Of a DNA stretch of 62,118 nucleotides, positions 26,307 through 36,297 are shown in pieces. Source of the DNA: an uncultured Candidatus Saccharibacteria bacterium. GTDB taxonomy: Bacteria; Patescibacteriota; Minisyncoccia; Phycocordibacterales; Zambryskibacteraceae. Below the pieces are notes generated by a model. That model was not told the DNA's origin and made no database searches. It saw only the letters and a program-made list of their open reading frames with translations. The stretch is taken from positions 4,508 through 66,625 of the forward strand of contig CAZFAS010000003.1 of assembly GCA_964516975.1 (NCBI GenBank), read 5' to 3'. Position numbers and translations under genes: made by a program. Within the stretch, counting starts at the first letter, position 1, and each line of letters starts with the position of its first letter.

Positions 26307-26355
26307 AGGCGGGGTCGAGAGATTTTTCAGCAGAAAAATACTCGTGACCGACTCC
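26307..26355 (+). repeat. 49-nt palindrome-containing element, copy B
   Basis: AGGCGGGGTCGAGAGATTTTTCAGCAGAAAAATACTCGTGACCGACTCC, inverted relative to copy A. The hairpin is at 26313-26349. The element ends in a T-loop-like CGACTCC, 17 nt before the tsaD ATG. Confidence 0.8.
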
Positions 26356-26372
26356 CAATCCCCGATACATAT

Positions 26373-27530
26373 ATGAAAATCTTATCTATTGAAACCTCAT
26401 GTGATGAAACAGCTGTTTCAATACTAGAAGCAAAAAAGATAGGCCAGAAATCCAAGTATACGGTACTGGGAAATGCTTTGTATTCACAAATTAAACTCCA
26501 TAAAAAATATGGGGGTGTATATCCATTTCTTGCAAAAAGAGAGCATATCAAAAACCTTCCTCCCCTATTTACCGAATGCCTAAAGGAAGCGAACATGCTC
26601 AAAAAAGAAAAAAGATCTATCAATGAAAAAACGAGATCTATTATCGCAGAAAACATTGGTAAAGAAACCGCATTCATTGAACACATTGAATACATTTATA
26701 CTCATTACAAAAAACCCAACATTACTGCAATTGGTGTAACCCAAGGCCCAGGATTAGAACCAGCATTATGGACCGGTATTACATTTGCCAAGGCGCTTGG
26801 TGCTATGTGGAATATACCCGTAATTCCAATCAACCATATGGAAGGTCATATCCTCTCTCCACTTCTCGATTCAAAAGGAACACTACAGTACCCAGCTCTA
26901 GCTCTTCTTATCTCAGGAGGACACACCGAACTTGTATACTCAAAGAAACCACTTTCTTACTCTGTCATCGGAAAAACTCGCGATGATGCACTTGGTGAAG
27001 CATATGACAAAGTGGCTCGAATGCTTTCTCTCCCATATCCTGGCGGACCAGAAATAAGCAGACTTGCTGAGAAGAAACGTCTCAAAGAATACACCGCTGT
27101 AAACTGGGACCTCCCCCGACCGATGATTAACACGAAAGATTTTGACTTTTCATTTTCAGGACTCAAAACTTCTGTTTTGTATAAGGTCCGCGACAAAAAA
27201 CTAACATTGAAGCAAAAAGAAGAAATAGCAAAAGAATTCGAAGATGCAATCACAGATGTAATCATCACCAAAACAAAAAAAGCGATCGAACTCTACAAAC
27301 CAAAAACACTCATCATCGGTGGTGGAGTAATAGCAAATCCATTCATCCGCTCTCAATTTGAAAAATTAACAAATGAAATAGGCACAGTAAAACTCCTTAT
27401 ACCAACAAAAGATCTCTCGACTGATAACAGTGTCATGATCGCAATCGCCACATTTGAACATATAAAGAAAAACCCCGCTTTACTCAAACGGAGTTCTTCT
27501 TTTAGAGCACAAGGCAATCTAAGTCTCTAA
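26373..27530 (+). CDS. tsaD: tRNA N6-adenosine threonylcarbamoyltransferase TsaD
   Basis: MKILSIETSCDETAVSILE, HMEGHI and GGGVIAN. An insertion of about 40 aa lies between the N-terminal strands and GVTQGPG. Confidence 0.88.
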   Translation: MKILSIETSCDETAVSILEAKKIGQKSKYTVLGNALYSQIKLHKKYGGVYPFLAKREHIKNLPPLFTECLKEANMLKKEKRSINEKTRSIIAENIGKETAFIEHIEYIYTHYKKPNITAIGVTQGPGLEPALWTGITFAKALGAMWNIPVIPINHMEGHILSPLLDSKGTLQYPALALLISGGHTELVYSKKPLSYSVIGKTRDDALGEAYDKVARMLSLPYPGGPEISRLAEKKRLKEYTAVNWDLPRPMINTKDFDFSFSGLKTSVLYKVRDKKLTLKQKEEIAKEFEDAITDVIITKTKKAIELYKPKTLIIGGGVIANPFIRSQFEKLTNEIGTVKLLIPTKDLSTDNSVMIAIATFEHIKKNPALLKRSSSFRAQGNLSL

Positions 27531-30500
27531 GGTTTATCGATCGTAATGATCGTTCGAACTTCTTTTGGTTTCAAAGTAAACCAAAGCAAACTTACAGAAA
27601 GTATAATCATGAGTACAACAAGCGGAAGTACTATTGAGTAGAATCGTACTGCAAATGCTATTACTGCACTCACCAAGAGACCCAGAATAAATATAAACAT
27701 CTTTCTAATTTTTTGTGAATCAAGTGTTAACGATCGTTTCTTCATTTGTCTTTCCACAATCGTTGTCACGATAAGATATAGACCAAGCAAAATAGTGAAG
27801 AATACGACAATGGAATTGAGTGACTCTTCCCATCCCTGAGGACCAGCGAACACCGCACCTGCCGCTTCCCTGTTTACTGCATTATTTGAGAACAGACCTG
27901 CAATTCTCGAAAAGAATCCATTCTTCGTGACTTTCGTATTATCCTCTATTTTTTCATTAGATACTCCTGTAAGTGGTTTTAGATCAAGATGATTAGAACC
28001 CACAGTGGTTGTAGACACGGGAGTATTTGTAAGTGTAACCGGTCTTGTAACCTGTACTGTTTGCAATTCTGGAACAATGACCCCCTTACTCTTCAAACTT
28101 TCTAGGAAACTCTTGAATTCCTGAATTTCTGTTTCCTGCAATGTATTGAGTGGAAATGCTCTCTGGCATACGATCTCATTTACTTTCTTTTTTGTAAGAA
28201 TATATACGAATCCTGTCGGCTCATTTACCTTGTATCCCCATGGAGTAAGAATAGCTTCTGGGTATCGCTCTTGGAATGTTGAAACTGCGTTAAAGGTATC
28301 AATATCAAACACTCCTGTAATTGAAAGATTCTTAAATCCTTCAAGTTCTCGGAGGAAGATCTGGAGTTTAATCACCTCTGTTCTGTCATTACTCCAGCCG
28401 ATTCTTAAATAATCCTTAAGATAATCACAACTGAGTGATTCACCGAGAACCTGTGAAGTAGATATACCATGACGAGTGCCACTTCGAGGTGCTGTGCCAC
28501 CGCCTCCACCACCACTTGTAGGTGGAGTAACTACTGGAGTAACTGGAACAACTGTCACATTCACAGAAGCAGTTGAAGTTCCATATAGGCCTCCACATGC
28601 AATGTTATATGTTGTAGTCACTCCCGGTGCTACAACAAGTGAACCTGTTGTTGATGTTGCTGTTGTCCATGGCGCTGCGCAAAAAGAAACATTTGTAGAA
28701 CTCCAAGATAGCGTCGAGCTACTGCCAAAATTTATTGTTGAAGGATTCGCTGTAAGTGTAACCGTCGGTACTGGAGCTGGTGGATTTGTAACTGTAACAA
28801 TTACTGAACTTGAAGCCGTTGTGCTGCCATTTGTACACTGTATTGAATATGAAGTTGTTGAAGTTGGAGTAACTACAAATGAACCCGTTGTTGATGTTGC
28901 CGTTGTCCATGGCGCAGAACACGTTGTGGCATTCGTTGATGACCACGAAAGTGTTGATGTTGCACCAAATTGAATTGATGCTGGGTTTGCAGTGAGAGTT
29001 ACTGTTGGATTATTTTCTCCACCTCCCCCACTTGTAGTTACAATAACCGTTACGCTTGAAGTTGCATTACCATACTGCCCAACACAGGTAATCGAATATG
29101 CTGTTGTCGAAGATGGAGTAACAACCTGACTGCCATTTGTAGAAGTAGCCGAAGTCCATGGTGCAGCACATGATGTCACATTACTTGAATTCCAAGTTAG
29201 AGTAGAACTTTGACCATTTTGTATGGTACTAGGATTCGCTGTAAGTGTAACCGTCGGTACTGGAGCTGGTGGATTTGTAACTGTAACAATTACTGAACTT
29301 GAAGCCGTTGTGCTGCCATTTGTACACTGTATTGAATATGAAGTTGTTGAAGTTGGAGTAACTACAAATGAACCCGTTGTTGATGTTGCCGTTGTCCATG
29401 GCGCAGAACACGTTGTGGCATTCGTTGATGACCACGAAAGTGTTGATGTTGCACCAAATTGAATTGATGCTGGGTTTGCAGTGAGAGTTACTGCCGGCAC
29501 TAAGGCAGGAAGTACCGTAACTGTTGTGGTAGCTGACGCACTACCATATGATCCCGTACACAAAATCGCATACGATGTTGAAGTTGCAGGACTAACTACC
29601 TTAGTTCCTGATGTTGAGGTCGCAGTTGTCCAAGTAGCGGAGCATGCTGAGACATCATGCGAAGTCCATGTGAGTGTTGAATTTTGTCCTTTATAAATTG
29701 TCTGTGGATTGGCAGCAATCGAAACTGATGGATTATGGGAACCTCCTCCACCACCCTCATCTTTTTGTCCTATAGAAATAACGAGAGTTTCTGTATCAGT
29801 TGAACACCCATTATTTGCAGTGATACTAACACTGAAAGTTCCACTCACAGTTGGGATACCACTAATAGTACTGCCACTGAGACTGAGGCCTGCTGGTATT
29901 CCTGTCGCAGTATAAGAAATTGTTGAGGTGCTTGTTGTTGCCGTAAGAGTAAGTGTGAACTGTTGACCTATCTTACCTGTTGCAGTAAGTGGATTTGTTA
30001 GTGTTACTCTGCATACAGGTGGTGGAGGAACTACAACAACCTGAATTGTAGTACTTGCTGAAGCACTTCCACCATTTCCTACACAGGTAATTCCGTATAT
30101 GGTTGTACTATTTGGATTAACAACCTGAGTACCAGATGTACCTGTTCCTACCTTCCATGATCCAGAGCATGCTGTTGCATTTGTTGATGACCATGTAAGA
30201 GTAGAATTTTGTCCTTGATTAATTGTTTGTGGGTTCGCAGAGATTTGAACTGTTGGTGTAGGAGTAACTGGACATGCAGCTGATGCGGTTGCTGTAACTA
30301 TATTTGAATAATTCGACATTCCGACACTATTCACAGCCTTTACTGTATATGAATGCGTACTTGATGCAGTAACTGTATCAACAAATGTAATAGCAGTTGT
30401 CGTCCCTATAAGATTTCCATCACGAAACACTTTATAAGAAGTTGCATTTGCAACTGCCTTCCATGACAGATCAATAGCGCCTCCGCACTGAACAGAAGTT

Positions 30501-32506
30501 GAGGCAGAGAGAGTTGGTGCACTTGGTGGTACTACACATACTACAGATGAAATTACAGTAACTATGTTTGACGCGCTTGAATCCCCTGCACTATTTACTG
30601 CCTTCACAGAATACGCATGCGATGTTGATGGAGTTACAATATCTGTGAAAGTTGTAGCTGTGGTTGTTCCAACAAGATTTCCATCTCGAAAGATTTTATA
30701 TGAAGTTGCAGTTGCTACAGTTGACCAAGAGATATCAACCTTACCGCCACATTGCATACTAGTAACTGCCGTTATTACAGGTGCAGAAGGAATTGTTATG
30801 CATGCTGATGACGCTGTGACATTAATTTGATTTGAAAACTGCGAATACCCTGCACTGTTTGCAGACTTTACTGTATACGCATGTTGAGAATCTGGAGATA
30901 CTTGATCTGAAAAAGTTACAGAGGATGTTGTACCTATGAGATTTCCATCCCTATACACTTTATAGTATGAAGCATTCGAAACCGCATTCCACATAAGATC
31001 AATATAACCACCACATCGCGGACTTGTAATTCCAGTTATTGTTGGTGCATTTGGTGCAACAACACATACTCCTGACGAAGCAACAATTACGGCATTTGAA
31101 TCTAATGAATCCCCAACACTATTCACCGCCCTTACCGTATATGAATGAGAGCTTGAAGGACTTACAGTATCTACGTAAGTTACAGCTGATGTAGTAGCAA
31201 CAAAGTTTCCATCACGAAATATCTTATAAGAAGTTGCTGTTGATACTGCATTCCACGCCAAATCAATTTTTCCACCACATTGTAATGAAGTAGCGGCAGA
31301 AAGAGTTGGTGCCTGTGGAACCTGCACTGATGGAGGAACAATTACTGTCACACTATCTGTTACACTTCCATTATTTCCTGTAAGACAGGTAATTGTAAAA
31401 GTAACACTTGTCCCAACAAGAGGATAAAAAGGGTGTCCAGGATTTATTGGTCCAGCACTTCCATTATCACTCACACCCGAATCAACTGGAGATCCAATCG
31501 AACAAGAACTTACATTAGAAGAAATCCAATTAAGAACTAGAGCTTCGTTCTGACTCAGAGTCACTGGTCCTTGCGAATTATTCGCCATGATATCAACTGT
31601 AGATACGAGTGGAGCGGGGCCATACACAACAACACTATCTGTCGCTGTTACTCCAAGACCATTATCACAGACAATCGTATAGGTTTTACCACTAGCAGTT
31701 GGGTAATCAGGGTGTGCTGGGGAAAATGTAGCACTACCCATCGTACCAACACCTGAAGTAAACGGAGAAGTTATGGAACAATTTAAAGCATTCTGTGATA
31801 CCCAGTTTAAATCCAAATCCTCTCCCAAATTTAAAGTGACTGGACCATCAGAATTTTTAACTTTAAGATCCACAGTCGGTACTGCAGGTGGAGGTGTCGT
31901 AGTATTCGATACTGTAAATTGTGCAACGATACTTCCTTGTGAACTCCACCCTGGTGCTATATCACCAATATTAAGCCCTTGTGCCGTCACAAATTCATCA
32001 CCGGTCTGACCAAACGGAAGTTGTTGTGCGGTAACAGACTGGTTCGGGTACCACTTTGTAGATCCAGGAATATAAGTGAGATGCTGTGAAGAAGAAATAT
32101 TGATGGTCGTCTGACCATTAATCTCAAGGACATTATCTGCAGAAAGAAAACCCTGTGCAGTAATAGAAGTACTATCACCCTGTGGAATATCAATGTGAGC
32201 TCTGACGTTTTGAGCATCCTCACTTCCAGTATTGTGATAGTACACAGTAAAGCTAACAACTTCTCCAGCATCTGCATCAGTAATTGCAGCCCAGTTGCTA
32301 GTACTACCCGGAAATTTTGTGAAATTTGAACTACGAACAGTCGCAAAGTCTTGTGGATCTGTATTAAAACTTGTAGCAGCATGAGCAATTCTTGCAACAA
32401 GAGCATACGTAGCGTCAAAACGAATAGCTACGTACAAAGATGAAATCACCACAACCAAAGTGAGGATGTAAACCAGGAATCGCGAACTGAATGATTTAGA
32501 TTTCAT
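27527..32506 (-). CDS. giant Ig-like/Fn3-repeat surface protein with peptidoglycan-binding domain and C-terminal TM helices
   Basis: About 1,659 aa from ATG 32506. N-terminal anchor and a DUF11-like module. Four Fn3-like repeats (QCGGKIDLAWNAVSTATSYKIFRDGN...) and about 9 Ig-like repeats (ANPxxIxxGxSSTLSWSSTNATxCSA). One putative-Ig module and PG_binding_1-like LKDYLRIGWSNDRTEVIKLQIFLREL. Three C-terminal TM helices. Confidence 0.8.
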   Translation of the reverse strand: MKSKSFSSRFLVYILTLVVVISSLYVAIRFDATYALVARIAHAATSFNTDPQDFATVRSSNFTKFPGSTSNWAAITDADAGEVVSFTVYYHNTGSEDAQNVRAHIDIPQGDSTSITAQGFLSADNVLEINGQTTINISSSQHLTYIPGSTKWYPNQSVTAQQLPFGQTGDEFVTAQGLNIGDIAPGWSSQGSIVAQFTVSNTTTPPPAVPTVDLKVKNSDGPVTLNLGEDLDLNWVSQNALNCSITSPFTSGVGTMGSATFSPAHPDYPTASGKTYTIVCDNGLGVTATDSVVVYGPAPLVSTVDIMANNSQGPVTLSQNEALVLNWISSNVSSCSIGSPVDSGVSDNGSAGPINPGHPFYPLVGTSVTFTITCLTGNNGSVTDSVTVIVPPSVQVPQAPTLSAATSLQCGGKIDLAWNAVSTATSYKIFRDGNFVATTSAVTYVDTVSPSSSHSYTVRAVNSVGDSLDSNAVIVASSGVCVVAPNAPTITGITSPRCGGYIDLMWNAVSNASYYKVYRDGNLIGTTSSVTFSDQVSPDSQHAYTVKSANSAGYSQFSNQINVTASSACITIPSAPVITAVTSMQCGGKVDISWSTVATATSYKIFRDGNLVGTTTATTFTDIVTPSTSHAYSVKAVNSAGDSSASNIVTVISSVVCVVPPSAPTLSASTSVQCGGAIDLSWKAVANATSYKVFRDGNLIGTTTAITFVDTVTASSTHSYTVKAVNSVGMSNYSNIVTATASAACPVTPTPTVQISANPQTINQGQNSTLTWSSTNATACSGSWKVGTGTSGTQVVNPNSTTIYGITCVGNGGSASASTTIQVVVVPPPPVCRVTLTNPLTATGKIGQQFTLTLTATTSTSTISYTATGIPAGLSLSGSTISGIPTVSGTFSVSITANNGCSTDTETLVISIGQKDEGGGGGSHNPSVSIAANPQTIYKGQNSTLTWTSHDVSACSATWTTATSTSGTKVVSPATSTSYAILCTGSYGSASATTTVTVLPALVPAVTLTANPASIQFGATSTLSWSSTNATTCSAPWTTATSTTGSFVVTPTSTTSYSIQCTNGSTTASSSVIVTVTNPPAPVPTVTLTANPSTIQNGQSSTLTWNSSNVTSCAAPWTSATSTNGSQVVTPSSTTAYSITCVGQYGNATSSVTVIVTTSGGGGENNPTVTLTANPASIQFGATSTLSWSSTNATTCSAPWTTATSTTGSFVVTPTSTTSYSIQCTNGSTTASSSVIVTVTNPPAPVPTVTLTANPSTINFGSSSTLSWSSTNVSFCAAPWTTATSTTGSLVVAPGVTTTYNIACGGLYGTSTASVNVTVVPVTPVVTPPTSGGGGGGTAPRSGTRHGISTSQVLGESLSCDYLKDYLRIGWSNDRTEVIKLQIFLRELEGFKNLSITGVFDIDTFNAVSTFQERYPEAILTPWGYKVNEPTGFVYILTKKKVNEIVCQRAFPLNTLQETEIQEFKSFLESLKSKGVIVPELQTVQVTRPVTLTNTPVSTTTVGSNHLDLKPLTGVSNEKIEDNTKVTKNGFFSRIAGLFSNNAVNREAAGAVFAGPQGWEESLNSIVVFFTILLGLYLIVTTIVERQMKKRSLTLDSQKIRKMFIFILGLLVSAVIAFAVRFYSIVLPLVVLMIILSVSLLWFTLKPKEVRTIITIDKP
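28742..29493 (-). repeat. exact 263-bp direct repeat inside the 1,659-aa gene (28742-29004 = 29231-29493, offset 489 bp)
   Basis: Compared base by base in the printed sequence. The repeat is in frame (163 codons apart) and duplicates one and a half Ig-like modules. Confidence 0.9.
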
Positions 32507-32831
32507 AGATAAATAATATTGACTAAAAATGTTATGTGTAAATGACATACTCCATTTTTTTTAGACAAAGTCAAGGGTTAGCTTTTAATACACTTTTCCA
32601 ATATACCTATGTAACTAGCCATATATTTACTTTTGTCTTTTATAATTAAAATGTCCTTTAATATAAGTTGTGGATACCGAATTATAGGCTGTAGATATAA
32701 ACATATTGAAAGTTAAAAATACGATTATAAAAAATCGAGTTTGTTAATAAATTTTTTGTCCTTTATAAGGGCAACTGCCCTTTCTACTCAAATATATGGC
32801 TAGAATCTTGGTTTTTTGATACAATCATTTT

Positions 32832-35012
32832 ATGAATGACAAGCTATTAAGGCCGTACTCTTCCGCAGATACTGAAAAAAGAATCTACTCTGTTTGGGAA
32901 CAGAGTGGTTTATTTAATCCAGAAAATTCAATTTCTCAAGGCTACACAGGTAAAGACTCAAAATCATTTACTATTATTATGCCCCCACCAAATGTCACTG
33001 GCGTACTGCATATGGGTCATGCGCTGTTTTTGACAATAGAAGATATTATGGTTCGATTCCATAGAATGCGTGGCCTAAGAACACTCTGGGTTCCAGGTAC
33101 AGATCATGCTGCAATTGCAACACAATCAAAGGTTGAAAAAGAAATTTTAAAGAAAGAAGGACTCACTCGTTATGATATCGGAAGAGACGAACTCTTGAGA
33201 AGAATTGATACTTTTGCAAAAGAGAGTCATGACACCATAGTCTCTCAAGTAAAAATTATGGGTGCATCATGCGACTGGTCACGTGAGGCATATACGCTTG
33301 ATGAAGAGAGAAGCCTTGCGGTCAGAACTGTATTTAAAAAAATGTACGATGACGGTCTAATCTACCGAGGATCGAGAATTGTAAATTGGGACCCAAAACT
33401 TCAAACGACTATCTCCGATGATGAGATTGTATACAGTGAAGAAAAGACACCACTGTATTATTTAAAATATGGACCATTTACAATTGCTACCGCACGACCT
33501 GAAACAAAATTTGGGGATAAATATATTGTGATGCATCCAAAAGATGTTCGCTATGAAAAGTATTCACATGGAGATACGATCGATTTAGATTGGATAAACG
33601 GTAAAATAACTGCAACCATTATAAAAGATCCTTCCATTGATATGGAATTTGGTACTGGAGTCATGACTATCACTCCATGGCACGATCGCACTGATTTTGA
33701 AATAGCGGAAAGAAACTCACTCGATAAAGAGCAGATTATTGATCTCAAAGGAAAGCTTCTCCCTATTGCTGGAGAATTTGCTGGCATACACATTAAAAAA
33801 GCTCGTCCATTAATCATAGAAAAACTAAAAGAAAAGGGGCTGATTGAAAAAGTAGATGAGGGATACAGTCACAATGTTGCAACAAGCGAGAGAAGTGGCG
33901 AGATAATTGAACCACAAATATTGAAACAGTGGTTTATTAATGTTGAAAAGGAATTTACCCTGAATGAATCGAAGATAAATGGTATACCATCCGGCTCAAA
34001 AACAACTCTTAAAAGTATTATGCGAACAGTCGTTGAGACTGGCCAAATAAACATTATCCCCGAGCACTTTAATAAAACCTATTTTCATTGGATTGAGAAC
34101 CTCCGAGATTGGTGCATAAGTAGGCAAATTTGGTTTGGACACCGTATCCCTGTGTGGTACAAAGGTGACGAAATATATTGTGATACAAAAGAACCGACAG
34201 AAGAAGGTTGGAGTCAGGATGAAGACACGCTTGATACTTGGTTTTCATCTGGACTATGGACATTCTCAACCCTTGGTTGGCCAAATAAAACGGATGATTT
34301 GGATATATATCATCCTACAGATATCCTTGAAACTGGATATGAGATCCTCTTCTTTTGGGTCGCACGAATGATACTTATGACCGGATATACTCTAGGGACT
34401 ATTCCATTTAAAACTGTGTACCTACATGGGACAGTTCGAGATAAGGACGGAAAGAAAATGTCAAAATCTCTTGGAAATGGTATTGACCCTATTGAGATCG
34501 CAAACGAATTCGGATCTGATGCGGGAAGAATGGCACTAATCGTTGGATCCGGTCCAGGAATGGATAGTAAAATATCAAAAGACAAAGTAAAAGCCTACAA
34601 ACATTTTGCTAATAAAATATGGAATGCGACAAGATTCGTACTTTCAAATACTGAGGGTAACATACCTCAAAATATCCGACTAACCCAAAGAGACTCAACA
34701 TACATTGCGGAAATGAATACTGTGTTCAAAGAAATAACTTCTGAAATAGAGCAATTCCGATATCACACCGCTTCTGAAAAACTCTATCACTACTTCTGGC
34801 ATGTCTTTGCAGATGTTATTATTGAGGAGTGCAAGAAGACCCTAGCTAATGGCACAGATGAAGAAAAAGCTTCGTCACAATATGTACTAATGCACATTCT
34901 TGAAAATTCTCTAAAAATGCTTCACCCATTTATGCCATTTATTACGGAAGAAATATGGTCCATGCTTCCGAATAGAAAACGTCTTCTGCTTGTTGAACCT
35001 TGGCCTGTATAA
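32832..35012 (+). CDS. valS: valine--tRNA ligase (short form without C-terminal coiled coil)
   Basis: HIGH box PPPNVTGVLHMGHA and KMSKS box GKKMSKSLGN, with an editing-domain insertion. At 726 aa it is shorter than the roughly 880 aa typical of bacterial ValRS. Confidence 0.93.
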   Translation: MNDKLLRPYSSADTEKRIYSVWEQSGLFNPENSISQGYTGKDSKSFTIIMPPPNVTGVLHMGHALFLTIEDIMVRFHRMRGLRTLWVPGTDHAAIATQSKVEKEILKKEGLTRYDIGRDELLRRIDTFAKESHDTIVSQVKIMGASCDWSREAYTLDEERSLAVRTVFKKMYDDGLIYRGSRIVNWDPKLQTTISDDEIVYSEEKTPLYYLKYGPFTIATARPETKFGDKYIVMHPKDVRYEKYSHGDTIDLDWINGKITATIIKDPSIDMEFGTGVMTITPWHDRTDFEIAERNSLDKEQIIDLKGKLLPIAGEFAGIHIKKARPLIIEKLKEKGLIEKVDEGYSHNVATSERSGEIIEPQILKQWFINVEKEFTLNESKINGIPSGSKTTLKSIMRTVVETGQINIIPEHFNKTYFHWIENLRDWCISRQIWFGHRIPVWYKGDEIYCDTKEPTEEGWSQDEDTLDTWFSSGLWTFSTLGWPNKTDDLDIYHPTDILETGYEILFFWVARMILMTGYTLGTIPFKTVYLHGTVRDKDGKKMSKSLGNGIDPIEIANEFGSDAGRMALIVGSGPGMDSKISKDKVKAYKHFANKIWNATRFVLSNTEGNIPQNIRLTQRDSTYIAEMNTVFKEITSEIEQFRYHTASEKLYHYFWHVFADVIIEECKKTLANGTDEEKASSQYVLMHILENSLKMLHPFMPFITEEIWSMLPNRKRLLLVEPWPV

Positions 35013-35018
35013 ATAATA

Positions 35019-35723
35019 ATGAATTTTTCTGTTTCACCAGAAATTGTATTACTTTCACTTGTCGGTGGAATTATCCCGGCTGTTATCTGGCTTCTCTTTT
35101 GGCTTCGAGAAGACTCAGCGAGACCCGAACCACGTGGGCTTATCATGCTCACCTTTTTTGCAGGAATGCTTGCTGTTCCCCTAGTAATACCATTTGAACG
35201 CTTTGTACAAATGCCAGAATCCCGAACTCTAACTTTTATACTATGGGCGACACTTGAAGAGCTCTTTAAATTCGGTGTTGCATATATCGTTGCGCTCAGA
35301 AGAAAAGAGGATAACGAACCAATTGATCCGATAATTTATATGATGACTGCGGCACTCGGGTTTGCTGCGATAGAAAATGCGATTTTTATATTCCACCCAC
35401 TCTTTATGGGTAACTACACAGAGAGTCTTATCACAGGAAGTGTAAGATTTATTGGTGCCAGCCTTCTGCATACCATAGCATCAGCTTCGATTGGTGTTGC
35501 AATGGGTCTTTCTTTCTATCTTGGAAGAATTTCAAAGAAAATTGATTTATTTCTGGGAATAATATTCGCAATAACATTGCACTCTATCTTCAACTTATTT
35601 ATAATTAAGGAAGAGAGCGGCATTACATTCGCGACACTTGGTTTTGTATGGATCTCGATTGTTATACTTATGCTCTTCTTTGAGATCGTCAAGAAAATAT
35701 ATCCCGTTCAAAATAAATTTTAA
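35019..35723 (+). CDS. prsW: PrsW family intramembrane metalloprotease
   Basis: Polytopic membrane protein with EELFKFG, FAAIENAIF and LLHTIASA motifs. Confidence 0.75.
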   Translation: MNFSVSPEIVLLSLVGGIIPAVIWLLFWLREDSARPEPRGLIMLTFFAGMLAVPLVIPFERFVQMPESRTLTFILWATLEELFKFGVAYIVALRRKEDNEPIDPIIYMMTAALGFAAIENAIFIFHPLFMGNYTESLITGSVRFIGASLLHTIASASIGVAMGLSFYLGRISKKIDLFLGIIFAITLHSIFNLFIIKEESGITFATLGFVWISIVILMLFFEIVKKIYPVQNKF

Positions 35724-35726
35724 ACT

Positions 35727-36185
35727 ATGTTCAAAGAAAAAAAATCATTTTTTGAGAGATTAACTGGAGCTGTAAGAATGGATGAAGATGAGGTTGCTCA
35801 GGAGAACATTTCAACTCCATCACTTGCAAAACAGGGTCTTGTGGAGGAAGAAGAAGAGGGTCAGCTCTCTGTTGATGTGTATGAAACATCAAATGACATA
35901 GTAATAAAAACTATGGTTGCTGGTGTAAAACCAGAAGATCTCGATGTTTCAATCACTCGAGAAATGGTCACAATTCGTGGAACACGAACTGAGGATCGTA
36001 GCTCTGCAAATGAAGACTTTTTTCACAGAGAACTCTATTGGGGTAAATTTTCAAGAACAATCGTATTGCCAAAAGAAGTTGATATTGATGAAGCAGAAGC
36101 AATAGAAAAATACGGACTCTTAATCCTCAAACTTCCCAAACTCGATAAAAACAAAGAAGCTAGACTTAAGGTAAAAGGAACATAA
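35727..36185 (+). CDS. Hsp20/alpha-crystallin family small heat-shock protein
   Basis: LSVDVYETSNDIVIKTMVAGVKPEDLDVSI ... GKFSRTIVLPKEVD ... GLLILKLPK. Confidence 0.88.
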   Translation: MFKEKKSFFERLTGAVRMDEDEVAQENISTPSLAKQGLVEEEEEGQLSVDVYETSNDIVIKTMVAGVKPEDLDVSITREMVTIRGTRTEDRSSANEDFFHRELYWGKFSRTIVLPKEVDIDEAEAIEKYGLLILKLPKLDKNKEARLKVKGT

Positions 36186-36190
36186 CAAAA

Positions 36191-36215
36191 GATCCCGCTA
36201 ATAGCGGGATCTTTT
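36191..36215 (+). terminator. intrinsic terminator after hsp20
   Basis: GATCCCGCT-AAT-AGCGGGATC followed by TTTT. Confidence 0.75.
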
Positions 36216-36221
36216 GTTATG

Positions 36222-36297
36222 TGGTGCCGAGGACCAGGTTCGAACTGGTGACCCTTCGCTCTTCAGGCGAATGCTCTACCAACTGAGCTACCTCGGC
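36222..36297 (-). tRNA. tRNA-Phe (anticodon GAA), CCA encoded
   Basis: Reverse complement is GCCGAGGTAGCTCAGTTGGTAGAGCATTCGCCTGAAGAGCGAAGGGTCACCAGTTCGAACCTGGTCCTCGGCACCA. Confidence 0.93.

Noticed and set aside
28742-29493. The exact internal repeat as a diversity-generating retroelement TR/VR pair.
   Set aside because: The two copies are identical, with no adenine-specific mismatches. Both lie inside the same ORF, and no reverse transcriptase gene is present in the window.
32549-32831. A possible T-box or other leader upstream of valS in the 283-nt AT-rich spacer.
   Set aside because: There is no T-box sequence (AANNNGGGTGGTACCGCG-like), specifier-loop architecture or terminator/antiterminator pair. 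The spacer looks like a divergent promoter region.
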